From positions 682,212-746,211 of the forward strand of contig CAVSDF010000010.1 of the NCBI GenBank assembly GCA_963726715.1: a stretch of DNA of 64,000 bases, read 5' to 3'. Shown here piece by piece: positions 40,053-49,945 of the stretch. A model generated the notes under the pieces. The model did not search any database. It worked only from the letters and a program-made list of their open reading frames with translations, and had not been told where the DNA came from. Both the position numbers and the translations under genes were made by a program. Origin of the DNA: Rhodothermales bacterium. Its GTDB lineage: Bacteria > Bacteroidota > Rhodothermia > Rhodothermales > BA12. How positions within the stretch are numbered: position 1 is the stretch's first letter; the number at the start of each line of letters is the position of its first letter.

Positions 40053-41378
40053 CTACTTCTGCTTGAACACGATCGTCAGCGGCACGCCCTCGAAGCCGAA
40101 GGCCTCGCGGAACCGGTTGCTGAGGAAGCGGACGTAGCTCTCGTGGACGCCCTTCGGGTGGTTGGCGAAGAAGGCGATGACCGGCGGATTCGCGCGCACC
40201 TGCGTGCCGAACTTGAGCTTCACCGACGCCCCGCGCCACGGCGGCGGCGCGTGCGCGGCGGTCGCCTGTTCGAGGAACTCGTTGATCTTGGAGGTCGAAA
40301 TCCGCTTCCCACGCTCGTCGCCGATCTGCACGGCGGCCTCCAGCACCTTGCCGACGCGCTGCTTCGTGAGGGCGCTCACGAACACGACGGGCACGTACGA
40401 GAGCGTCTGCAGGCGGTCGTGGATGCGGCGCGTGTAGTCGCGCGCGGTGTTGGTCTCCTTCTCGACGAGGTCCCACTTGTTGACCACGATCAGCAGGCCC
40501 TTCTTCTGCGACTCGGCCTCCTTGAGCACGGCGATGTCCTGCGCTTGCAGGCCCTCGGTGGCATCGAGGAGGAGCGCGCAGACGTGGGCGGATTCGATCG
40601 CGCGCTGCGTGCGGAGCGTCGCGTAGAATTCGACGTTCTCGGCCACCTTCGAGCGCCGCCGCAGACCGGCGGTGTCGACGAGCACGAGGTCGCGCCCGAA
40701 GTGCTTGAACGGCGTGTCGAGCTGGTCGCGCGTGGTGCCGGGGATCTCGGTCACGATGGCGCGCTCCTCGCCGAGAAGCGCGTTCGTGAGCGACGATTTG
40801 CCGACGTTCGGGCGCCCGATGAAGGCGATCCGCAGGCGCTCGTCCTCCTCCGACTCGTCGGCGTGCGGAAGCGCGGCCACAAGGGCGTCGAGGAGTTCGC
40901 CGGTCCCCGAGCCGCTCAGCGACGAGATCGGATACAGGTGCTCGCCGAGGCCGAGGGCGTAAAACTCCGATGCGTCGAGGCGCCGCCCTTCGTTGTCGGA
41001 CTTGTTGACGGCGACGAAGACCGGCGTCGTGCCCTTGCGCAGGATCGCGGCCATCTCGCCGTCGAGGTCGGTGACGCCCGTCGTGACATCGACGACGAAG
41101 ACGACGGCGTCGGCCTCGGCGAGGGCGATCTCGACCTGTTCGCGGATGGCCGCTTCGAAGCGATCTGCGGAGCGGGGCACGTACCCGCCGGTGTCGACGA
41201 GCGCGAAGGCGGCGCCGTTCCAGAGGGCCTCGCCGTAGATGCGGTCGCGCGTGACGCCGGGTTCGTCGTAGACGATGGCGTCGCGGGTCTCGGTGAGGCG
41301 GTTGAAGAACGTCGATTTGCCCACGTTGGGGCGGCCGACAATGGCGACGAGAGGCACGGGAGCGTCTGGGATAGGCAA
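40053..41378 (-). CDS. der: ribosome-associated GTPase Der (EngA)
   Basis: Two GTPase domains ([20 protein letters not shown] and [20 protein letters not shown]) plus a KH-like C-terminus. There is no ATG near the N-terminus. TTG at 41378 or GTG at 41357 fits; the rest of ORF 40053..41594 upstream covers a repeat element. Confidence 0.9.
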   Translation of the reverse strand: MPIPDAPVPLVAIVGRPNVGKSTFFNRLTETRDAIVYDEPGVTRDRIYGEALWNGAAFALVDTGGYVPRSADRFEAAIREQVEIALAEADAVVFVVDVTTGVTDLDGEMAAILRKGTTPVFVAVNKSDNEGRRLDASEFYALGLGEHLYPISSLSGSGTGELLDALVAALPHADESEEDERLRIAFIGRPNVGKSSLTNALLGEERAIVTEIPGTTRDQLDTPFKHFGRDLVLVDTAGLRRRSKVAENVEFYATLRTQRAIESAHVCALLLDATEGLQAQDIAVLKEAESQKKGLLIVVNKWDLVEKETNTARDYTRRIHDRLQTLSYVPVVFVSALTKQRVGKVLEAAVQIGDERGKRISTSKINEFLEQATAAHAPPPWRGASVKLKFGTQVRANPPVIAFFANHPKGVHESYVRFLSNRFREAFGFEGVPLTIVFKQK

Positions 41379-41472
41379 ACCCGTTCGATGCCGACCGCCC
41401 CTCCGCCGTTCCGCCCGCTCGTGCAAGACGCCGCCAATACCGCCGCGCGTGCACCCCGCCGGCCGACAATCG

Positions 41473-41640
41473 CGATCCGAGCCAACGCCTCCCTTGAGGG
41501 CGGTGGCCCACCGCGGAGCGGCGCAGGCTCCGGGCCGGAGGGTGTGGGGCGGTCCTTGAGCCTCCGAGGTTGCTTCGCCGCCCCACACCCCCACCCCGCC
41601 TCGGCGGGGAGCCCCCTCAAGGGGGCGGTTTGGTCGTTCA
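41473..41640 (+). repeat. about 170-bp structured intergenic repeat, copy 1
   Basis: Hand alignment with 60797..60970. Shared blocks: CTCCCTT(C)GAGG, GGCCGGAGGGTGTGGGGCGG, CCGCCCCACACCCCCACCCCGCC, GGCGGGGAGCCCCTC and AGGGGGCGGT. It contains the inverted repeat GGGTGTGGGGCGG / CCGCCCCACACCC. Confidence 0.75.
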
Positions 41641-41674
41641 CAGGCGGAGAATCACCGGAGCCGTCCGCTTCACC

Positions 41675-42490
41675 TCACCCGCGCTCCTTCACCTCCAAGA
41701 ACAGCGCCCGGAAGAGCATGAAGGAGGCCTCGGCGACCTCGTTCGTGAACCAGTAATTGACGCCCGCGCCGACGGCGGCGCCCGCGATCGGAATGGCCTG
41801 GAAGACCTTGCGCGAGATGAGTGCCTTGGCGATCTCGCGGGGCATCTGGCGGCTCTGGTCGCGCAGCGTCCCCGACGTGCGCCCGCGGTACGGCACGTCG
41901 CGCGCGAAGGCAGCGGCGGCGACCGAGATTTCGCGCATCGCTTCGAGCTTCGACTCGCGCGAGCCGGCGGCGGCGACGTTGTAGATCGAGACGACGAGCG
42001 GGCGGTGGTCGGGCCCGTTCACCTCGAAGCCGTAGACGGCGCCGAGTTGCTGCACGAGCCGCAGGTTGACGGCGAAGAGGAGCGGGATGTCGGCGAGCAT
42101 CAGGAGCGCCCCGCCGAGGCCGGTGCCGCCTCCGGTGAGCGCGGCGGCGACGGCGTTCTCGTTGAAGAGCGTCCGCGCGTACGGGTCGAGGATGTCGAGC
42201 GGCGCGTTGCGCAGGTCGGCGATGGTCTCGGCTTCGACGCCTTTGGCGCGGAGGTCCTTGAGGATCTGCGAGGGGTCGTAGGTCCACGCCGTGGCGCTCG
42301 CCAGCGTTTCGAGGCCGCCCTCGACGGCATCGCCGGCCTTGTCCATCATCTCCGCCGGAACGACCTTTTCGAGCGCCCAGTCGACGGGCTTCATCGCCCA
42401 GTTGACGGCCTGCATGAGCACGCTCGGCTCGCGTCGCTGCCATGCGTCGAGGTCGCGCTGGACGGTGCGTTCGTGGTCGGTGAGCCGCAT
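41675..42490 (-). CDS. EcsC family protein
   Basis: ATG at 42490 (MRLTDHERTVQRDLDAWQRR...). Glycine-rich amphipathic segments (GGGTGLGGALLMLADIPLLF, AIPIAGAAVGAGVNYWF) are typical of EcsC-like proteins. The family call is from memory. Confidence 0.6.
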   Translation of the reverse strand: MRLTDHERTVQRDLDAWQRREPSVLMQAVNWAMKPVDWALEKVVPAEMMDKAGDAVEGGLETLASATAWTYDPSQILKDLRAKGVEAETIADLRNAPLDILDPYARTLFNENAVAAALTGGGTGLGGALLMLADIPLLFAVNLRLVQQLGAVYGFEVNGPDHRPLVVSIYNVAAAGSRESKLEAMREISVAAAAFARDVPYRGRTSGTLRDQSRQMPREIAKALISRKVFQAIPIAGAAVGAGVNYWFTNEVAEASFMLFRALFLEVKERG

Positions 42491-42735
42491 GCGGGGTGGG
42501 GAATCGGGGAGGACGGAGAGGAAGGCGAACACGGTGGGGCGCGGAGGCGAGGCAGGTACGCCCGGCGCTACGGGCCGGTCCCCGGCGCGGTTGCGGAGGG
42601 GGCGATGGCGTTCCCCATCCGGCCACAGCGGCAGGAGGGGGCCGCGCAACGCTTCCGCGACGACGCACACCGCCGCGGCACCTCGCCGCCCTCGCCGCCG
42701 TGTGCACAGGGACTTCCAACACGCCCGATTTCCCG

Positions 42736-43905
42736 ATGCTCGCCGCCCTCCTCGTCGACCTCGACGGCACGCTCGTCGCCACCAACGCCCTCCACGCCCG
42801 CGCCTTCGTCGATGCGTTTGCCGAAGCGGGGGTCGTCGTGCCCGTCTCGGCGGTGATGCCGCACATCGGGCTCGGCGCCGACCGGCTCGTCGGGGCGATT
42901 CTCGGGCCGGATACGCCGGACGGGCAGGCGGAGGCGCTCGCCGCGCGGCACACGGCGATCTACATCGACCGCTACGCCGCCCGCGCCACGCTCCGGGCCG
43001 GGGCGCTCGACCTGCTCGCCGCCGCCCGACGCGCGGGCCTCAACCTCGCCCTCGCCACGGCGTCCAAACAAGACGAACTCGACGCCGTCGCCCGCGCCGC
43101 CGGTCTCGATCTCGACGCCTTCGACGCCGTCCTCACCGCCGACGATGTCGAGAACGCCAAGCCGTCGCCCGATGTCATCGCTGCCGCCTGCAAGAAACTC
43201 GGGGTCGATGCGGCCGCGACGGCGCTCGTCGGCGACACGCCCTTCGACGCCCTCGCCGCGCGGCGCGGCGGGTCGGTGCTGCTCGGCGTCGAGAACGGCA
43301 CCCACACGCGAGAGGTGGTGCGATGTGCCGGTGCGCGCGGCGTGTGGAGCGGTCCCGGCGACCTCGCGCGCGCGTTCGAGCAGGCGATGCGGCTCGCCTC
43401 GCCCGGCCCGCACGTCCTCACCGCCGCCACGCTCGACGCGCTGATGGACGCCGCGCTCGACGTGGCCGAGGCGACGCTCGGCGACGGCGGCGTGCCCTTC
43501 GGCGCCGTCGTCGCCCGGCCCGACGGCACCGTCGTCGCCCGCGCGGGAAACCGGGGCCACACGACCGGCAGCCCCATCGCCCACGCCGAGAGCGAGGCGC
43601 TGCGCCAGGCGGGCGCGCGCCTGAGTGAGCACGACGACCTCGTGCTCGTCGCCACTGTCGAGCCGTGCGCGATGTGCTTCGGCGCCGCCCTCGCCGCCCG
43701 CATCGACACCGTCGCCTACGCCCTCGCCGCGCCCGAGAACGGCGCCACCGCCCGCCTCGACGGCCCGACGCGCGGCCCGGCGGTGCTGCCGCGCACGACG
43801 CACCGCGCCCACGGACGCGACCGCAGCCGCGACCTGTTCGTCCGCTACGCCGCCCTCCACCCCGGCAACGCCTTCGTCGCCCGCCTCCTCGCCGACACCG
43901 CGTGA
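42736..43905 (+). CDS. fusion of a HAD-superfamily hydrolase and a CMP/dCMP-type zinc deaminase domain
   Basis: ATG at 42736. HAD motifs: LLVDLDGTLV, ATAS and VGDTPFD. The C-terminal domain has HAESEAL and VEPCAMC, the Zn-binding H(C)AE..PCxxC signature. Confidence 0.75.
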   Translation: MLAALLVDLDGTLVATNALHARAFVDAFAEAGVVVPVSAVMPHIGLGADRLVGAILGPDTPDGQAEALAARHTAIYIDRYAARATLRAGALDLLAAARRAGLNLALATASKQDELDAVARAAGLDLDAFDAVLTADDVENAKPSPDVIAAACKKLGVDAAATALVGDTPFDALAARRGGSVLLGVENGTHTREVVRCAGARGVWSGPGDLARAFEQAMRLASPGPHVLTAATLDALMDAALDVAEATLGDGGVPFGAVVARPDGTVVARAGNRGHTTGSPIAHAESEALRQAGARLSEHDDLVLVATVEPCAMCFGAALAARIDTVAYALAAPENGATARLDGPTRGPAVLPRTTHRAHGRDRSRDLFVRYAALHPGNAFVARLLADTA

Positions 43906-43976
43906 TCCGTCTCGGTCCCCGGCCGAGGCCCGCGCCCGCGGCGTATCCTGCGGCAGTCTTCCCCTCCATCCTCCCG

Positions 43977-44495
43977 ATGCACGACCGCCCCGATCCGTCC
44001 GAATACGCTGCGTTCTACGGGCGCTATGTCGCACTCGTCCCCGCCGGTGACCTCCTCGACCTCTTCGACGCGCAGGCCGACGACCTCGCCGTGTGCGCCG
44101 TCGGGGTGCGCGAGGCGCGGGCGGCGCACCGGTACGCCGAGGGCAAGTGGACGGTGCGCGAAGTGTTCGGCCATGTCGCCGACACCGAGCGCGTGTTCGC
44201 CGACCGGATCCTGCGCATCGGACGCGGCGACGCGACGCCGCTGCCGGGCTTCGACGAGAACGCCTACGCGGCCCACGCCGGGTTCGAGGCGCGTCCGATG
44301 GCGAGCGTCGCGGACGAGTTCGCGGCTGTGCGGGCGTCCACGATTGCCCTGTTGCGCGGATTGCCGACCGAGGCGTGGACGCGCATCGGAACGGCGAGCG
44401 GCCACGGCGTGAGCGTTCGCGCGCTCGCCTGCATCGCCTACGGCCACGCGGCGCACCACCGCGCGATCCTCGCCGAGCGCTACGGGATCGTCTGA
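43977..44495 (+). CDS. DinB-family (DinB_2-like) metal-dependent protein
   Basis: ATG at 43977. A four-helix-bundle His pattern is present (EVFGHVADTERVF ... YGHAAHHRAIL). Confidence 0.7.
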   Translation: MHDRPDPSEYAAFYGRYVALVPAGDLLDLFDAQADDLAVCAVGVREARAAHRYAEGKWTVREVFGHVADTERVFADRILRIGRGDATPLPGFDENAYAAHAGFEARPMASVADEFAAVRASTIALLRGLPTEAWTRIGTASGHGVSVRALACIAYGHAAHHRAILAERYGIV

Positions 44496-45766
44496 ACCGC
44501 AGTCTGGTGGCGGGCGACGCCGACGGCGACGATGAGCGCGCCGACGGCCGAGACGGCGAACGGGAGCGCCGGGCCGCGCGACCAGACGGCGCCGGTGAGG
44601 GTCGAGGCGGCGAGGGCTCCGACGCTGCCGAGCGCGCCGAACAGCCCGAGTCCGCGCCCGCGCATCGCGTCCGGGAGGGCGTCGGAGAGCCACGCTTTGG
44701 CGACGCCTTCGGTGAGCGCGGCGTAGGCGCCGTAGAGCGCGAAGAGGGCCGCAAAGGCGCCGATGCCGTGCGCGAGCGCCATCCCGGCGTAGACGGCGGC
44801 GAAGAGCGCGAGGCCCGCCGCGAGCGTCACGCCGCGTCCGGCGCGGTCGGCGAGGGCGCCTGCCGGGTAGGCGAGGGCCGCGTAGACGAGGTTGTAGAGC
44901 ACGTACGCCCCGAGCGCCGCCGTCTCGCCAGAGACGGCCCACGGACCGAGCGCAACGCCCGCCCCGACGCCGTCGCGGACGCGCAGCAGCAGGAAGACGT
45001 CGGAGGCGTTGACGAGCGCGAAGGCGACGAGCCACCCGGCGCGGCGGCGGTACTCGGGCGGCGCCACGCGCCAGAACGCGCGCATCGACGTCGACGACGG
45101 CGCATCTCCCACGACGGGCGCGGGCGGACGGCGCTCGGCGACGAGCCGGGTGAGGGCGACGCCGATGAAGGCGGGAATGGCGGCGGCGAGGAAGAGGGCC
45201 TGGTAGGCGCCGGGGCGCGCGGCGAGCCACACGAGCGCAATCGTCGGGCCGACGGCGGCGCCGAGGGTGTCGAGGGCGCGGTGGAGGCCGAAGGCGCGGC
45301 CGCGCATCGCCGCCGGGACGCTCGCGGCGAGGAGGGCGTCGCGCGGGCCGGTGCGGATGCCCTTGCCGACGCGGTCGAGCACGCGCGCGCCGGTCACCAT
45401 CGCCCACGTCGGGACGAGGCCCGGCAGCGGCTTGGAGAGCGCCGAGAGCGCGTAGCCGAGCGTCACGAAGACGCGGCGGCGCCGGAAGCGGTCGCTCAGG
45501 CCGCCGAAGTAGCCCTTCGAGATCCCGGCCGTGATCTCGGCGAGGCCCTCGGTGAGGCCGATGAGCGCGAAGGGCGTGCCGAGGGCCGCGAGGAAGAGCG
45601 GCAGCACCGGGTAGAGCAGCTCGCTCGACACGTCGACGAAGAACGACACGAACCCGAGCGTCCAGACGGCGCGCGGCAGCCGCGTCGGCGCGTCGTCTCC
45701 AACCGAAACGTCTCCCCTTCGACCCTCATTCGCCGGGTCGTCCGTCGGCACCACGGGCGCGCTCAC
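44480..45766 (-). CDS. MFS transporter
   Basis: Intact 428-aa ORF with about 12 hydrophobic segments and MFS loop motifs (GGLSDRFRRRR, GKGIRTGPRDAL). Its GTG start overlaps the PBP1A stop (GTGA). Confidence 0.85.
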   Translation of the reverse strand: MSAPVVPTDDPANEGRRGDVSVGDDAPTRLPRAVWTLGFVSFFVDVSSELLYPVLPLFLAALGTPFALIGLTEGLAEITAGISKGYFGGLSDRFRRRRVFVTLGYALSALSKPLPGLVPTWAMVTGARVLDRVGKGIRTGPRDALLAASVPAAMRGRAFGLHRALDTLGAAVGPTIALVWLAARPGAYQALFLAAAIPAFIGVALTRLVAERRPPAPVVGDAPSSTSMRAFWRVAPPEYRRRAGWLVAFALVNASDVFLLLRVRDGVGAGVALGPWAVSGETAALGAYVLYNLVYAALAYPAGALADRAGRGVTLAAGLALFAAVYAGMALAHGIGAFAALFALYGAYAALTEGVAKAWLSDALPDAMRGRGLGLFGALGSVGALAASTLTGAVWSRGPALPFAVSAVGALIVAVGVARHQTAVQTIP

Positions 45767-48246
45767 CAGTCGACCCGGCCCTGCGCGGGCGCGGTGGTGT
45801 CGCGGGTGACGGGGCGCGGCGGACGGTTCTCGCGGTCGACCTGCCGGGCGTCGGGGAAGTCGGTCGCGGGCATGGCCTCGAGGAAGCGGTCGAGCGTCAC
45901 GTCGGGGAAGCGGACGTCGGCGTCGAGGGCGACACCGTCGCGCTGGCCCTTCGGCCCTTGGAGGCGGACGAGGAAGTCACGCGTCAGGAACATCGCGTTG
46001 TGGGCGCCCTGTCCCCACCACGTCGAGCGGAAGGCGATGCGGCGGTCGTTGAAGCCGACCCACGAGCCGACGACGAGGTTCGGGTGCATCACCATGAACC
46101 AGCCGTCGGCGTTGCCCTGCGTCGTGCCCGTCTTGGCGGCGAGGTCGAGCGTGCCGACGCCGGGCGCCGACTTCATCCGCACCGCCGTGCCGTACTCGAT
46201 GGCGCCGCGCATCATGTCGACGACCGTGAAGGCCGTCTCCTCCGAGAGGGCCTCCTTCGGCGCCGCCTCGCTCTGGTAGAGCACGTTGCCGTAGCGGTCC
46301 TCGATGCGCGTCACGAGCGTCGGCGCGTTGTAGAGGCCGCCGTTGGCGAGCGTCGCGTAGGCCGACGAGAGTTCGTAGAGGGTGACGTCGGAGGTGCCGA
46401 GCGCGAGCGACATGTAGCACTCGGGGCGCACGTCGGGGTGCTCCTTGAAGAGGTCGGTCTGGATGCCCATCCGCTGCGCGTAGAGGGCGACGGTGCGCGG
46501 GTTGACCTCCGTCATCAGGCGCCCGGTGACGTAGTTGTCGGACGTGGCGAGGGCACGGCGGAGCGTCTTGTTGCCCCCTCCGCCCATGTTCGACGGGCTC
46601 CAGACGACGCCCGCGCACGAGCCCGTCCCGCGCCACGTGAACGGCCCGCCGCCGATGCCCTGGTCGGGGCTGTATCCGTTGTCGATGGCGACGGTGTAGA
46701 CGAAGGGCTTGAAGGTCGAGCCGGGCTGGCGCTTGGCGCTGGCGATGTGGTCGTACCAGTCGGTCTTGATGTCGCGCCCGCCGACCCACACGCGCACGTG
46801 CCCGGTCTGCGGCTCGATGGCGACGAGGCCCGCCTCCAGCCGCGTCTTGCGGGCGCGGAGGCTGTCCTGGAAGGCGCGGTCGGCGCTCAGGCGTTCGAGC
46901 GCCTTGGCCTCCGTCATCCCGTCCTCGACAAGCCCGCGAAAGCTCTGCGTGCCGCGCATGTACTCGGAGACGAGCGCCGGATTCGACGTCCAGAAGTAGC
47001 CGAACGGCGTCACGCCGCCCGCCTGCATCGCCCGCAGGTAGGGCGCCGTGTCCTGCCCGAGCGAGAAGCCGCTCGCCTTGCCCCACTCGTGGTCGACGAC
47101 GGCCTGCAGGGCCACCATCTCGGTATCGACCGCGGCCTGCGCGAAGCGCTGCATCCGGCTGTCGAGCGTCGTGGTCACGATCAGACCGTCCTGGTAGATG
47201 TCGTGGTTGGTGCGCCGTCCCCACTCCTTGAGCCACGCCTGCACGGCCATCGCGTAGTACGGGGCGAGGGATTTGGTGATCTCCGACGAGCGGAAGCGCG
47301 TGGCGATGGGCTGCTCTTTCAGGCGGTCGAAGTCCTCGCGGGAGAGCTTGCCCTCCTGCATCATCAGCGAGAGGACGATGTTGCGGCGCCGCTGCGAGCG
47401 CTCGGGGTTGCGGATCGGGTTGAAGCGGCTGACCGCTTGCAGCATCCCGACGAGCGTCGCCGATTCGCTCACGTCGAGGTCGGCGGCGGATTTCGAGAAG
47501 AAGGTCTGCGCGGCAGTTTCGATGCCGAAGGCGTTGCCGCCGAACTCGACCGTGTTGAGGTACATCTCGATGACCTCGCGCTTGGTGTAGCGCCGTTCGA
47601 TCTGCACGGCCGTCATCATCTCGCGGATCTTGCGCGTCGGCGAGCGCGAGAACTGCCCGTCGGCGCCGCGCTCGATGTTGTAGAGGTTGCGCGCGAGCTG
47701 CATCGTGATCGTCGATCCGCCCTGCGGGTTGCCGCTGATGATGTGCACCGGAGCCGCCAGAATCCGCTGCATGTCGATGCCCCAGTGGTCGTAGAACCGC
47801 TTGTCCTCGGTCGAGACGAGCGCATCGACGACCGACGTGGCGATGGAGTCATACGGCGCCCAGAGGCGGTTCTCGCCCGCGTAGTAGCGCGCGAGTTCGG
47901 CGCCATCGGACGTGTAGGCCGTCGTCGCGCGCGAGAGGTCGGGCCGCTCGATGGCGCTCAGCGGCGGGAGGGTGAACGCGAACGCCACGAGCGCCGCGAT
48001 GCCGACGGCGATGAGGAGGCCGAGGCCGAGCACGACGCGCGTGAGCATCCGCACGGCATCCTCCTTCTTGGTCCGCGTCGGCGCCCCACCACCGCCCCCG
48101 GCCCCGTCGCCACCGGATGCGCGCGACGTGTCGCCACGGGCGCTGCCGGGCGCGCGGTCGGTCGTACCGGCGCGGGCGGCGGCGCGGCGCGCGGCGGGGT
48201 TGCCGAAGTAGCGCTCGACTTCTTCGTCGCTGTAAGGCTGGGACAT
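45763..48246 (-). CDS. mrcA: bifunctional penicillin-binding protein 1A (glycosyltransferase/transpeptidase)
   Basis: The ATG at 48246 (MSQPYSDEEV) gives 827 aa. GT51 motifs: STEDKRFYDHWGID, GGSTITMQLARN, RKIREM. Transpeptidase motifs: SAKRQPGSTFKPF (SxxK), SDN, KTGTT. ORF 45763..49692 extends upstream spuriously. Confidence 0.9.
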   Translation of the reverse strand: MSQPYSDEEVERYFGNPAARRAAARAGTTDRAPGSARGDTSRASGGDGAGGGGGAPTRTKKEDAVRMLTRVVLGLGLLIAVGIAALVAFAFTLPPLSAIERPDLSRATTAYTSDGAELARYYAGENRLWAPYDSIATSVVDALVSTEDKRFYDHWGIDMQRILAAPVHIISGNPQGGSTITMQLARNLYNIERGADGQFSRSPTRKIREMMTAVQIERRYTKREVIEMYLNTVEFGGNAFGIETAAQTFFSKSAADLDVSESATLVGMLQAVSRFNPIRNPERSQRRRNIVLSLMMQEGKLSREDFDRLKEQPIATRFRSSEITKSLAPYYAMAVQAWLKEWGRRTNHDIYQDGLIVTTTLDSRMQRFAQAAVDTEMVALQAVVDHEWGKASGFSLGQDTAPYLRAMQAGGVTPFGYFWTSNPALVSEYMRGTQSFRGLVEDGMTEAKALERLSADRAFQDSLRARKTRLEAGLVAIEPQTGHVRVWVGGRDIKTDWYDHIASAKRQPGSTFKPFVYTVAIDNGYSPDQGIGGGPFTWRGTGSCAGVVWSPSNMGGGGNKTLRRALATSDNYVTGRLMTEVNPRTVALYAQRMGIQTDLFKEHPDVRPECYMSLALGTSDVTLYELSSAYATLANGGLYNAPTLVTRIEDRYGNVLYQSEAAPKEALSEETAFTVVDMMRGAIEYGTAVRMKSAPGVGTLDLAAKTGTTQGNADGWFMVMHPNLVVGSWVGFNDRRIAFRSTWWGQGAHNAMFLTRDFLVRLQGPKGQRDGVALDADVRFPDVTLDRFLEAMPATDFPDARQVDRENRPPRPVTRDTTAPAQGRVDW

Positions 48247-48386
48247 CGGGTGGGGAGGGGAAATCGGTCGGAGCGGAGCGGAGGCCAGGAAACGCACGTC
48301 CGGCCGGGTGCGGTATGCGCGGCGCCGCCGGGGGTTCGGACGGGACGACGGACGGCGGACGGCGGACGACCGCCACGACCCACCCA

Positions 48387-49160
48387 TCACCCCCACGCCT
48401 CGCGCGCGACGACGTCCGCGCCCGCATCGGTCCACCGGGCGAGCGTCAGGCCGTCGGCGTCGGCGGTGACGAGGCCGTGGCCGCCGTACCACGCGCCCGC
48501 GTTGGCGTAGAGGCCGCCGGGCATTCGCCGGAGGTCGGCGCGGTGCGTGTGGCCGTAGACGACGCCGTCGACCGGATCGCGGCGGTCGGCGAGGCGCGCG
48601 GTGGCGTCGGCGATGACGAACGATTCGTCGCCCGGACGCGACGTGTCGTGGCGCATCGCGTCGGCGACGCGGCGCGCGAGGGCGAGGCCCGCGTCGGCGG
48701 GCAGGAGCGTCTGGTAGAGCGCGACCGGCACGCGGTGGCGCAGGATCGGGCGGAGATGGCGGTACAGGCCGCTCGGCGCGAGGCCGTCGCCGTGGAACGC
48801 GTAGACGCGCCGCGCGGGCGAGGCGCCACCGCCGCCTGAGACCGTCTCGACGCATCCGTCGAAGACGACCTCGGCGCCGAGTTCGTCGCGCAGGTAGGAG
48901 CGGTGCCACGGGTCGTGGTTTCCGGCGTGGACGACGAGGCGCCGTCCGGCGTCGGTCCACGCGGCGAGGGCGCCGAAGAGCCGCGCGGGCGGGCGGGGGA
49001 CGTAGTGGCGGTGCTCGATCCACGCGTCGAAGAGGTCGCCGACGATGGAGAGCGCGGCAGCGTCCGCGTGGGCGTCGAGCAGGCGAACGAGCGCGGCGCC
49101 GTCGGCGCGGGCGTCGCCGCCGGGGCGCCCGAGGTGGAGGTCGGAGACGAAGAGGTGCAT
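48387..49160 (-). CDS. LpxH-like UDP-2,3-diacylglucosamine diphosphatase (calcineurin-type metallophosphoesterase)
   Basis: MHLFVSDLHLG, GDLFDAWIE, AGNHD, HGD and GHTHR motifs, in the LpxH-like order. Confidence 0.7.
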   Translation of the reverse strand: MHLFVSDLHLGRPGGDARADGAALVRLLDAHADAAALSIVGDLFDAWIEHRHYVPRPPARLFGALAAWTDAGRRLVVHAGNHDPWHRSYLRDELGAEVVFDGCVETVSGGGGASPARRVYAFHGDGLAPSGLYRHLRPILRHRVPVALYQTLLPADAGLALARRVADAMRHDTSRPGDESFVIADATARLADRRDPVDGVVYGHTHRADLRRMPGGLYANAGAWYGGHGLVTADADGLTLARWTDAGADVVAREAWG

Positions 49161-49269
49161 GGGCGGCAAGATCGCGCATCGCGCGGCCCGCCGATCCGCA
49201 TTCGCCTCCTCCGTCGTCCCCTACTTTGGCGCTGTCATTTCCCGACGGGCCTGCCCGTCCCCCGCCTCC

Positions 49270-49777
49270 GTGAACACGATCCTCACCCCCGAACAGGACG
49301 CCCGCTACGCCGACCCGGCCCTCATCCAGCGCGTCATGCGCGATGCGAAGACGGTCGCCGTCGTCGGCCTCTCGAAAGACCCGCAGAAGGCCAGCCATTT
49401 CGTGGCGACGTACCTGCAGGCGCACGGCTACCGCGTCGTCCCCGTCAACCCGACGCTGAGCGGCACGCTTCTCGGCGAGACCGTCTACCCGACGCTCGAC
49501 GCCATCCCGAGCGACGTGAAGATCGACCTCGTCGACGTCTTCCGCGGCGCGAACCACACGCCCGAGATCGCCCGGCAGGCCGTGGCCATCGGCGCCCGCG
49601 CGCTCTGGCTCCAGCTCCGCATCGTCAGCGACGAGGCGGCGCGAGATCGCCGAATCCGCCGGTCTCGACGTGGTCATGGACCGCTGCATCAAGATGGAGC
49701 ACGGGCGCTACGCGGGCAGCCTGCACTGGGTGGGGATGAACACCGGCCTCCTCACGGCGCGACGGGCCCGGCGCTGA
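49270..49777 (+). pseudogene. CoA-binding domain protein (YccU/YneT-like), frame-disrupted
   Basis: GTG at 49270 (VNTILTPEQ...). AKTVAVVGLSKDPQKASHFV, GYRVVPVNP and IDLVDVFR are typical. The C-terminus EIAESAGLDVVMDRCIKMEHGRY...* reads in another frame after about 49642 (gcg gcg c gag atc), with the stop at 49775-49777. Length 508 nt is 1 mod 3. Confidence 0.75.
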
Positions 49778-49945
49778 GCGCGCGTGGGCTTGTCGCCTGT
49801 ATTGCGGACATCGGGAATTGCCCGCGCAGCCCGGACCAACCAACCTTCGTTTTTGCCTATTCCCCCTTCCACTTGACACTCTTCACCCGCCGTCGCATAC
49901 TGCATTACACGCGGATTTGGTCCGTTTAATAACTCGTTACGCTCC

